A stretch of DNA of 63,017 nt, the filler included, from Octopus bimaculoides (taxonomy: Eukaryota): NCBI RefSeq assembly GCF_001194135.2. It is 5 parts of 4 records of this genome, joined end to end, with 100 filler letters (N's around TTAATTAATTAA, not from the genome) between each part and the next. Parts side by side here need not be neighbours in the genome. Positions count along the whole stretch, not along the records: positions 42,966 to 55,599 come from NC_068987.1; positions 55,700 to 61,324 come from NC_068986.1; positions 61,425 to 63,017 come from NC_069008.1; 2 more parts are not named here. The stretch is one strand, 5' to 3'. This document shows positions 52,201-63,017 of the stretch, piece after piece. The translations under genes were made by a program, and so were the position numbers. A model generated the notes under the pieces. It was given only the letters and a program-made list of their open reading frames with translations, ran no database searches and was not told the DNA's origin. How positions within the stretch are numbered: the first letter of the stretch is position 1; each line of letters begins with the position of its first letter.

Positions 52201-52774
52201 GAAATTAAGTACCATCTATTATTTAAACAAATGCATCTATCAGGAAACTATAAATCCGACTAATTCTTTTCTCTATCTTCTATAAGCCAAACTAAGTACT
52301 TTATTCAATTCTACTTCCACTTTTCCCCTTCAGTCTCTAATATGCAATAATTTCAACTAAAAAAAATCAACCATGTTAACCACACACAACAATCTTTAAT
52401 CTTTCATGAAATCTAGGAAAAAATAAAAAGGTTATAAACTCTGCCCTTTCTCTCCATTCTAATCTTGTTATCTTCTTGCTTTCTTTTTCTTTTCTTTTTC
52501 TTTGGAAAGTAAAATATTTACATATCTCCATAGCAATTCTGGTGAAACTAAAAACCAAGTTCACATTAAACCTACTTTTTTAGTGAGGTCATTACTTTTT
52601 CAAATCAAATCTTACTTTCCTGAGTATATACAACCACTCAAACACAACATATACAAAGTTAACAATGTTAATTTAATTTCCAGGGGAGTACAAATTACTT
52701 TATTCAAGCACAAGATACCCTAAACAAAGTGACACTTTAGGAACAAAACACACAAAAAGATAAAACAAGTAGGC

Positions 52775-53002
52775 TAACCCTTTAGCATTCAGATTACTCT
52801 GACAAATGTAATGCTTATGTATTTCTTTTTTTTTTTTAATTAATCAGGCATTATCTCATAGCTTTGAAATTTGATGTGATTGTCTGTTTTTAGAATGAGA
52901 TTGTAGGAGAGGTGTGAGAGAGGTCAAATCTGGCTGGTTTGAACATAAAATGAGGTAGAATATTTGGGTCTGATTTGGCTGGTTTAAACACAAAAGGGTT
53001 AA
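52775..53002. mobile_element. Short piggyBac-like MITE (CCCT...AGGG, TTAA-type flanks); relatives near 3162, 29897 and 34320-34475
   Basis: ctaa-ccctttagcattc...aaacacaaaaggg-ttaa. Confidence 0.6.
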
Positions 53003-53589
53003 ACGTCATCTCAACATATATCAGGTGAAATCATAAGCACAGCAGTGGCTAACAGTTAATATAATTTCAGAGCTAGCCACCTTCTTTCTCATTTCTGAAA
53101 CACTAAAATTGCATTAAATACAACTTGTGTTATTTATTTCTTTGCTTTTTTTTCTTTTACACTATTTCTTCTCCCTCTCTCCAGAGAAATGAAATACCTA
53201 CTAAGATCAAACAAGGAATTGGAATTTTAATCTTATCTGATAAGAAAGAATTCTACTTGAACATATTTAGGACAATAAAAACACTTTAACATGCTTGTTC
53301 ATGCTTCATTTTAGATTTTGTTGTTCTTCATTCACCTCATTTTCCAAGCAAACAAACAAGGAAAGGTTCTTGAGCTGTGGTAGCAATTATATGTTCATTT
53401 GTCAGTTCATTTCATGTCAATTTTTCCATAGTTGCATAGGTTAGATAAATATGTTGTTTGAGGTATTGTTTTATAGCTGGATACCCTGTTTTTCTAGTAA
53501 GGGAGCTCTTACTTCACATGGCTTTGAAGGTGTGAAATGATAGGAGAAACTGATAGCAACACTGCCCACTGAACTTCTGTACTGGAATT

Positions 53590-53770
53590 TATTGTTTTAT
53601 TCACAGGGAGGCATTGATATCAAAAACATTGCCTGATATATTGAACAGAGTTTTCAGAGGGTTTGTGAAGCTGGTCAGTTATGTTAAATCATTGGCTGTG
53701 AATACCCAAATATTGAAAAATCTTTGCCAAGATATGGAATCTCATTTTTATGTTATTTTATGCTTCTGTT
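53590..53770 (+). pseudogene. hAT (Buster/Charlie-type) transposase fragment
   Basis: CFIHREALISKTLPDILNRVFRGFVKLVSYVKSLAVNTQILKNLCQDMESH, containing the CxxH/HREAL motif. Confidence 0.8.
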
Positions 53771-54049
53771 GTCAGCAAGAAAAGTAGTCCATAGAATTTT
53801 CAAATTGAAAGAAGAAATGAAATCATTTATCTATGAGAACAGTGAAGATGAATATATAAATATCCTAAATAGTAAACTCTAGAACTCACTTGGCTAGCAG
53901 ATATATTCAAAATTTTTTTAATGAAGAAGCCAACTTGTCTGCTACAGGAAAAAGGTATAAATTTACTCACACAACAAAGTGTTTCTTGCAAAATTAAAAC
54001 AAAACATTGCATAAATTAAAGATAAAACTTAAATTTCTGTCTAATGAAA

Positions 54050-54520
54050 TGACAAGCAAAAAGGAGTCTATTCAAATTTAAATTATTAATCATTTGAAAA
54101 AAATTACTGCAATGAATTCCAATACCATCTTACTAACAACAACTCTGGGCAGCACCTTTTCAAATTCCACCTGTTTAACACCTGTGGACATGTTTACAAA
54201 GTCAGAAAACAGCACAGCTCCCATGACTTTCGGAAACACTTTTTCATACTAAGAGTTGCCGAAGTATGGAACAAACTGCTGGCATCAGTTGTTAGCTGTC
54301 GGAGCACTGCATCCTTCAAACTTTCCATGCTTCCTGAGATTCGCCAACACTACACCTGATTTTCCCCCCTCCATACACACGCAAGCATGTATCTGACTCA
54401 TACACTGTTCACTTTCCAGACATTTGTACATTACTGCATATGCTTTATACGCACTTTTGACAAGTTGTAGTGCACATGAGCACTGGATACAATAATTTCA
54501 TCATTATTATTATTATTTTA
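54050..54520 (+). pseudogene. 3' end of a CR1-clade LINE with (ATT)n tail
   Basis: TCGHVYKVRKQHSSHDFRKHFFILRVAEVWNKL..SVVSCRSTASFK*, 3' UTR, attattatt tail. Confidence 0.8.
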
Positions 54521-56682
54521 TCTTGAGCTGAAAACATTTGTTATGCACTTTCAAGTACCACTCTATGCACTTTCCAATATTCTCATCTAGTGTGATAGAG
54601 AGAGTCCAAAGGTCATCTATCTACTGGTGATAACATTAATAGCAAATAGAATTTACACACAAAGAGCTAGATAATCAGGTTTCCCTATAAATTCATCATA
54701 CATAAATATAATAAATAAAATAAAATTTTTATTATTTTAACTTTTCCTCATAAAATGTTTGGTAATTATAAGCATGGCTGCTGTGTGCATACAGAATTCA
54801 CTTTGTTACCACATGGTCTCCAGTTCTGTTTCATTATGTGGCAATTGTCCACTCATGTAGTCTTGGGCTAACCAATGTCTTGTGAGTGGAACTGGTAAAT
54901 AGAAACTGTATGGAGACTTCTGTGTGTGTGTGTATATATGAATATTTACATTCCATGTCCTCACATCAAAACACTGAGCAAAAAAAAAAAAAATGGCCAT
55001 GTTTGTAACATTCCCTACAAACAAATCATTCCATAGTTCTGCATGTTCAAAAACTTTGCTTGAAAAACAAGTCAGGTTTAATGACAGGAAGAACAGTCAG
55101 CTGTAACACAATATTTCAACACATATTTGTCCACCCTATGCCAGCAAGGAAAATGGATGCTAAATGATGATAGATACAGGTAGGCTGTGTAGTAAGAAGT
55201 TTACTTCCCAATCACATGGTTTCTGGTTCAGTCCCACTCTGTGGCACCTGGGCAAGTGTATTCTACTACAGTCCTGGACCGTGTGAGTGGATTTGGTAGA
55301 TAGAAACAGAAAGAAGCCCATTGTATCATCAGCAGTTTAATATCCACTTTTCCATGCCAGCATGGGTCAGGTGGAATTTATCAAGGCAGATTTCCTATGA
55401 CTGGACACCCTTCCTGTTGCCAACCCTGACCTGCTTTCAAGCAGTACTAGGACAAAATCCCCCTGCAGTCAGTATCCCCCAGTATATTGTTCTTTCTTTA
55501 CAATAAAAATATTTTAGGAAAGTGAAATTTTATTTGAAAAATTTAAAATAGTTATTAGTTGATATTTTTGTTTAAAATTTGTCCAGTGGGATTTTGTCCN
55601 NNNNNNNNNNNNNNNNNNNNNNNNNNNNNNNNNNNNNNNNNNNTTAATTAATTAANNNNNNNNNNNNNNNNNNNNNNNNNNNNNNNNNNNNNNNNNNNNT
55701 GGTGGTGGTGGTGGTGGTGGTGGTGGTAGTAGTAGTGGTGGCAGCAGTGGCGGCGTTACCATATATTTTGACGAATATGAAGCAGGTGTTATTCTCGATT
55801 GCAAAAAAAAAAAAATAATAATTAACCAAGGGAAATAATTCAAGTGGGCCAGTGCCATGGCTTTGAAACCCCCCCCAAAAAAAAAAATTGGGATTTTCTT
55901 TCTGAACACAAAAATTCTCTAAACTTAATTCTCTTCTTTACGAAATTATCGCCCATCTTTCAATCAATTAAAACTTTTTCACATGATCCATTCATTTCAT
56001 CACTGAATTATTTTTCCAGGTGATAGCTTACACCTGTCCCGGGCCTTTGTCCTCATCTTGTTTCCTCCTCTCTTTCATTTCACATTCAGCCGCACAAAAC
56101 CAGGACGAATGATGGTTTCTATTTTCTCCCAGCGACTTCCAATGTTTCTCGCCTGCCAATTTCCTTCCCTGACATACCCCTTATCCTACGTGACAAACCC
56201 CTTATACCCGAATTGAGAAAATAGATACCCCAGATACAATCTTGTAGCACTCTTTACCCTATTGGACGCCTCGTGGTAGACCGAGCTTTGCAAACTTTTC
56301 ACATTAGCCATACAAGTTTTAAAAGTGAAATTTTGCGTGACTTTAGCTTTTATTATCATTTAAATACGTTATCACGTGTCTAATTGTAGATAAAATGGTC
56401 AAACCTTTAGATATATTTCGCTGCCCAAATATTCCATTAAAATGAAATTTGAGTGAATTTTGCGACGCACCATGAGATTATCAGCGGCACACTAATGTGG
56501 CCCAACACAGCGTTTGGAAAACATTAGTCACCGGTATCATGACACCTTGACTAGAAACCAGCGCATTACATGATCGTTGGGTCTGCTAAAAATAGTAGCC
56601 ACACTTCCCTCAAATTATACACTTTGCTGTCTTTCTAATTTTAAAACAACATTCGATATATTATAAAAACCATTATCTTCTT

Positions 56683-56774
56683 CATCTCTGACGAGCGGAA
56701 GTATTGTCTATCAATGTGTATCAACAATGGATTCCATTATAATGCCAATAGTTTCATGAAACGATCGTAAGATG
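56683..56774 (+). ncRNA. Minimal type I hammerhead ribozyme-like motif
   Basis: catct-CTGACGA-gcggaagtattg...caatagtttcat-GAAAC-gatc-GTA-agatg; 5-bp stem I and palindromic GATC loop. Confidence 0.65.
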
Positions 56775-57122
56775 CATTAATTAACAAATTTTTAAACGGT
56801 GATGTCTCATATATTTATATAGAAGTGATTTTTAAATTCTCAAACGCAGGATAATGCTAATAATATAGCCTGAACAGGATAAGATACCCCTATTTTGCAG
56901 AAAAAAGTGTTGGCGGCCTATTTTAGACATATATATCTTCGTGGGGAATTTTTTTGATATTGAATTTCATGCTATCATTTCAAAATACAAAATATATAAT
57001 CGCTTGTATTAATGTCTAAATACTTTATAATATTAATATTTTTTATATTTTATACAAAGAACACTCATTATAAATTCAGTGTATAATATTCTAACAGAAT
57101 ATATTTAATTAATATTTAATTA

Positions 57123-57487
57123 GGCGTAGGTGTGGCTGTGTGGTAAGTAGCTTGCTAACGAACCACATAGTTCCGGGTTCAGTTCCACTGCGTGGCACCT
57201 CGGGCAAGTGTCTTCTACTATAGCCTCGGGCCGACCGAAGCCTTGTGAGTGGATTTGGTAGACGGAAACTGAAAGAAGCCCGTCGTATATATGTATGTGT
57301 ATATGTTTGTTTGTGTGTGTTTGTCCCCCCAACATCGCTTGACAACCGATAGCGGTTCGGCAAAAGAGAGTGATAGAATAAGTACTAGGCTTACAAAGAA
57401 TAAATTCTGGGCTCGATTTGCTCGACTAAAGGCAGTGCTCCAGCATGGCCACAGTCAAATGACTGAAACAGGTAAAAAAGTAAAAGG
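57123..57487 (+). mobile_element. Near full-length tRNA-derived SINE (family V: ggcgtaggtgtggctgtgtggtaag...); many further copies e.g. 24990-25200, 34915-35240, 37070-37520, 40365-40745, 42600-42810, 45800-46050, 61700-61960
   Basis: A-box/B-box-like head, ggcacctcgggcaagtgtctt domain, internal microsatellite, tail gcagtcaaatgactgaaac...aaaagt. Confidence 0.88.
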
Positions 57488-58258
57488 AAGGAACCATTAG
57501 ATACGCAACCTTTGAAGAAAAACGCGATGGTCGGGGCTAAAAGTGTCTTTGAGCATAGGTTGACAACAACAACAGTTATCCAGAATTGTCAACCCTAATT
57601 TTCTCCACTGAAGTCCCTTGAAATTCCCTTATCATTTAACCTTTAAATCGTCTCAGCCAAAGAGGGAGTCACTACGTGGTCATTTGTACTGCTAGAAATA
57701 GCAACCAAAACTCTTACCAGTCAAATTTTTGGGTAGACATATTACATAGTTCAGCCTAGTACAAGATGGTCATAGTTGGAATGCCTTTGCACATAAGCCT
57801 GCTCGTTGAAAACCAAAGTACGTTAAAGCAACAACAATAACCCCTGATTCCGATAAAGTTAATGTGTCAAGCACCGAAATCGATTTATTGATATATAAAT
57901 ATATCAATATATCGACTCTCCTCTTCCCCCACATTTGAAGTTAATTATCAATATTGACCTGAGCCAATGAGGATGACTCGAAGTGGTCGAGTGACCTGCT
58001 AAAAGTAGCAACCCAGTAACCTTTAAAATAATAATAAAGAAAAAAGTGGCAATCGATACCACTATCGATCCTGGAACTTTCACTGGAATGCCATGGTACG
58101 TGAGCCGGCGCGACCCAGGGTGGTAGAGCCGAGTTATTAGTAACCAGTGGATTACTTTGGAGACCACAACGACAGGTATTTCTTGGCTGATTATGTGCAG
58201 TTTCTCACTGTGACAAAGTTGGCGACTACAAGTTCCAGGTTAGTAAGGGAAAGGGGGT

Positions 58259-58495
58259 TGTCAGAGATACTACGTGATGTTGTGGAAGTCATTCCGAGGT
58301 TTCAGATGCCTTCTAGATAAAGTGCAAGCGAAAGGAAGAGAGAATGAGAGACAACGCGTTGAGTGAGTAAAAGTTCGATCTGCTGTATAAAGCAGGCCCG
58401 AGTAGAGTCGAGCAGACCCGAATAAAATCGAGCAGACCCGAGTAGAGTCGAGCAGAACCGAGAAAACCCGATCAGACTCGCTATATCTAGCAACA
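58259..58495 (+). mobile_element. 3' LTR (237 bp) preceded by a polypurine tract
   Basis: aagggaaaggggg (58245-58257) t TGTCAG...; TATAAA near 58386; AATAAA near 58421; ends CAACA; four 20-bp tandem units inside. Confidence 0.65.
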
Positions 58496-58510
58496 TGCTA
58501 TACATATATA

Positions 58511-59040
58511 TTCTTTTCTACTGAAAGGATGAAAGGCAAAGTCGACTTCGGCGGAATTTGAACTCAGAACGTAAAGACAGGTGAAATACCGCTTAGCATT
58601 TCGCCCGGCGTGCTAACGTTTCTTTTCTACTCTTGGCACAAGGCCCGAAATTAGAGGGGAGGGGGCCCGTCGATTAGTTCGACCCCAGTACGCGGCTGGT
58701 ACTTAATTTATCGACCCCGAAAGGATGAAAGGAAAAGTCGACCTCGGCGGAATTTGAACTCAGAAAGTAAAGACAGACGAAATACCGCTAAGCATTTCGT
58801 CCGGCGTGCTAACGTTTCTTATTTCCTTACTGCCCACAAGGGTCTAAACATAGAGGGGACAAACCAAGGACAGACAAAGGGATTAAGTCGACTACATCGA
58901 CCCCAGTGCGTAACTGGTACTTATTTAATCGACCCCCAAAGGATGAAAGGCAAAGTCGACCTTGGCGGAATTTGAACTTAGAACGTAAATAGAGACGAAA
59001 TACTGCTAAGCATTTCACCCGGCATGCTAACGTTTCTGCC
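58511..59040 (-). mobile_element. Head-to-tail trimer of family M SINE
   Basis: Units 58511-58620, 58621-58815, 58816-59040 joined at gctaacgtttctt. Confidence 0.85.
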
Positions 59041-59454
59041 AAGTGAAATTACAGTGTCGGTCGGTGGGATTTGAACTCAGAACGTCAAGAGCGTAATTGA
59101 TTACACTAAAGCAGTTTTGTTCGTTGCTCTACCAATCCTCCGACATTAAAACAATATTGGGATTTGGTAAAAACATGGAAAAAAGCTTGATTCTTTCTAA
59201 TGTACGCCTACGCTGGTTACTGCGAAGTGGAAAACAAAAAAGCAATTAATAAAAAGAAGGAAGAAAAGTGATTAAATATAGGAATCGAATGAAGGAGTCT
59301 GTAACGATATCGATCTGTGGAGAGTTTGTTATTGGTTAATCAAAGAACTGGTGAAGTTGTTAATTGGAAATCATTGAAGCGAATAGTTGACAGTTTAGCA
59401 GTTTTGAATGCACGCGTGAGTAATTACATATAGCTACATATAACACACACACAC

Positions 59455-59494
<40 letters not shown>

Positions 59495-59581
59495 CCGCCC
59501 ACATTCACCCACACATATGGTGCATAATTTGTCGATTATGAACTAAAATTGTGTGTGTTTGTTTGTGTTTATGTATTTGTG

Positions 59582-59646
<65 letters not shown>

Positions 59647-60094
59647 CAATGTTAATTCTCTAAATGTGAGAGGGATAACTTCCCTTGGCAAACAGGACAC
59701 AGTCGTGTGTCGATAAGCCAGCTGGAGGAGATGTCCTCCTGGGGCTAAAAGCAACAGTAACATCCACCCCTAGGGGTCAGCCACACTTAAGTGGCAATAT
59801 ACTACACTTTATATATATATATATATATATATACGTATGTACATACATATAGATAGATGCATATGTGTTTGTATGTATACACACATCTATTTGTAGCTAT
59901 GCATAAATAAACGATATATATATATTTATGTAACGCTTGTATATACACGTTCTCTATCCATAAATTGTATATTTATGTAGACATACTTCCAATCAATACA
60001 AATTATCATCGAAGCATAAAATATCAAGACGTTTTTGTAATGTTTTCATTTGTTCGATCTGAAGGAAGGAACAGTGCTTCTCGCCTTCCAGGGC

Positions 60095-60206
60095 CCATTC
60101 CGCTCCACTCCGCTCCATTCCGCTCCACTCCGCTCCATTCCGCTCCACTCCGCTCCACTCCGCTCCACTCCGCTCCACTCCGCTCCATTCCGCTCCACTT
60201 CGCTTC
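60095..60206. repeat. Decamer minisatellite (CGCTCCA(C/T)TC)n, about 11 units
   Basis: Direct inspection. Confidence 0.95.
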
Positions 60207-60774
60207 CGATACTGGTGACGTTATCGACCGATATCAGGGACAAAAATGGGAGATTCAAGGGGACAAATTTTGTGGTGAGAAAGGTGTTAGATGAAAAAGT
60301 TAATGCATGCCCTGGGGGGGGGGAGGTTACGGTGAGGGACAAGATGTAGAGGAGGGGGGTGGTGGTGAAAAAGAGGCAAGTAGTGAGAGGGAGTCGGGGA
60401 TAAAAGAGACACGAGATCGCCCTCTTCTGAGAAAGAGATACCAGTATGGTAACGATAGAAAAGCAGATAGCAAAAGAGAAAAGCGGGGGGTGTCAATGTT
60501 TGTCATTCTTCAGATTAATTAAACCCGTGTCTGTATCTGTGTAACAATATTCTTTTCTACTCTAGGCACAAGGCCCGAAATTTTGAGGGAGCGGGGGCCA
60601 GTCGATTAGATCAACCCCAGGACACAACTGGTACTTAATTTATCGATCCCGAAAGGATGAAAAGCAAAGTCGACCTCGGTGGAATTTGAACTCAGAACGT
60701 AAAGACTGTCCCTTTTAATGTCCCCCTCATCTGATATCCCAGTTACAAATAAAAATAAATTATTATTATTATTA

Positions 60775-61324
60775 TTGAGTGAGAGAGCAGTGCATGCCAT
60801 CAAAGTGACACTGGGGTAAAATATACGAAGCCCAGTATACCCATCATGACTACCCGTCTGATAGGGTACACCGGGCACATGCATCACAAACATATGTGCA
60901 CGACATGGTGATCCCATATCAAGATAAAAAGCGCATGACCTCGCAGGTGGGGACCAGTTACAATTTTCTTCAGGTTGAGTAGCCCATCCCGCTCAAAAGG
61001 TCTCCGAATAAGGTTTGTTTAAGGATGTTGAGCAAAACACCCATGTTTCCAAAGGTGAATTATTCAAACCCCAAAGAATTCCTCTCAACACATGGCTATG
61101 ATGCTCCCCCACTACTTCTGCTCATGATCAGAGATGCACATATCACCAGCCACCAAGAGACATGCTCAACTGGTTAAGATCAAACAACTGACAAGTAAAT
61201 CTGTGGTATTAAGCAGAATATTTGCTGTAGCCCATCTTTTTATACCAAGACAAAACAATGTACATGATAACACTTCCAATCAAGATCAGAAGCCATGAGA
61301 GCCACTGCCTGGTACTGCATCCGG
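60775..61324. repeat. Probable interspersed repeat (possibly LINE-derived non-autonomous), family not assigned
   Basis: More balanced GC than flanks, begins after an (ATT)n run, resembles an octopus repeat from memory; no ORF. Confidence 0.35.
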
Positions 61325-62592
61325 NNNNNNNNNNNNNNNNNNNNNNNNNNNNNNNNNNNNNNNNNNNNTTAATTAATTAANNNNNNNNNNNNNNNNNNNN
61401 NNNNNNNNNNNNNNNNNNNNNNNNAAGAAAGAAAGAAAGAACTAGAATGCCTCGAATAATTTCATTTCATTGAGGATATAAAGTCAGTGCAGAGGGGGGT
61501 GCTTTTTCAGGCTTGTATGAGTGAGTTTGAGAAGAGAACAAACATTAGGAAGGAAGATACCACCTTAATTTGATAATTCCCTGGGGGGGGGGGTCACTAC
61601 AAATGGTGTTGACATCAAAACTAAAACTTAGTTTCTTATTATAAGGGTAGTTGGGACCCAGGAAGAGGAGACAAACGGGGCAATCTAAAGATAAAAGCCA
61701 AGTGCTCCAGCATGGCTGCAGTCTAATAACTGGAGCAAGTAAAAAGATATACGAGTGTTTATTGGACAAAATGTCTGTACTTGGGGGAGGGGCAAAGTGT
61801 GGCTGTGTGGTAAGAAGTTACCTTCGTAACCACATGGTTCCAGGTTCAGTCCCACTGCGAGACACCTTGGGCAAGTGTCTTCTATTATGGCCTGCAGGTC
61901 AACCAAAGCTTTCCGAGTGGATTTGGTAGATGGAAACTTGAAAGAAGCCCACCAGATATATGTGCATGTGTTTGTTTGTTTATGCTTTTGTAACTTTATA
62001 ACCCTAATCCTCTCTACTACAGGTACAAGGCCTGAAACTTTGGGGAAGGGGACAAGTCGATTATATCAATCTCAGTACGTAACCCCGAAAGGATGAAAGG
62101 CAAAAGTCGACCTCAATGGAATTTGAACTCAGATTGTGCAGGCAGATGAAATATCGCTAAGCATTTTACCCAGTGTGTTAATGATTCTACCAGCTCACCA
62201 CCTTATAATCCATTCTACTATAAGCACAAAGCCTGAAATTGTAGGTGAGAGTACTAGTCAATTGCATCGACCCCAGTGTTTCACTGGTACTTAATTTACT
62301 AACCCGAAAAGATCAAAGGCAAAGTTGACCTCGGTGGAATTTGAACTCAGAACGTAGCGACTGGCAAAATACCACTAAGCATTTCATCCAGCATGCTAAC
62401 CATTCTGCCAGCTCACCGCCTAATGATGGTTTCAAATTTTGGCACAAGGCCAGCACATTTGGGGGTGGGTTAAGTCGATTACATCAACCCCAGGATACAG
62501 CTAGTGCTTATTTTATCAATGCCGAGGGGGAAGAAAAGCAAGTCAACCCCAGCAGAATTTTAATTCAGATCACAAAGACAAATGAAATGCAG

Positions 62593-62835
62593 TAATAATA
62601 ATAATAATAATAATAATAATGATAATAATAATAATAATAATGATAATAATAATAATAATAAATGATAATAATAATAATGATAATAATAATAATGATAATA
62701 ATAATAATGATAATAATAATAATGATAATAATAATAATAATAATGATAATAATAATAATGATAATAATAATAATAATGATAATAATAATAATAATGATAA
62801 TAATAATAATAATAATAATGATAATAATATTAATA
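62593..62835. repeat. (AAT)n/(GAT) trinucleotide repeat
   Basis: Direct inspection. Confidence 0.97.
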
Positions 62836-63017
62836 AGAACAACACAATTTAAATGAAATGTTGAATGCGTTCATGCATGGCTTTTAGTTCACCCTGTGTT
62901 ATATACACACATTTAAATACACACAAAAAATATACACACACACACATATATATTTACTCTTTTACTTGTTTCAGTCATTTGACTGCGGCCATACTGGAGC
63001 ACCGCCTTTAGTCGAGC

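Noticed and set aside
62570-62856. Poly-Asn / poly-Ile / poly-Leu ORFs
   Set aside because: Translations of the (AAT)n repeat; no splice or homology support.

Overview
AT-rich, repeat-saturated eukaryotic DNA with many assembly gaps. The three dominant tRNA-derived SINE families and the (TA)n/(GA)n/(AAT)n/(ATC)n microsatellites match what I recognise as Octopus genomic DNA; this is inferred from repeat content only. No long intact ORF is present. Decayed mobile elements include a Chapaev3-like transposase, an L1/Tx1 LINE, a Penelope-like element (RT plus GIY-YIG), an R4/Dong-type RLE tail, two CR1/L2-group LINE ends, a hAT-Buster/Charlie fragment, MITE/HINE elements and LTR pieces. Small, phase-compatible + strand exon candidates between about 14.6 and 49.2 kb may encode an unidentified single-pass membrane protein. 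The most unusual signals are (1) a 1.2-kb element with about 80-bp terminal inverted repeats and a 4-bp TSD that also carries a tRNA-Trp primer-binding site and LTR-like TATA/polyA signals, (2) an LTR followed by about 39 nt of tRNA-Trp 3' half flanked by 19-bp direct repeats, and (3) several free-standing minimal hammerhead-ribozyme motifs. Exon, ribozyme and element-boundary calls were made by eye and need computational or transcript confirmation.
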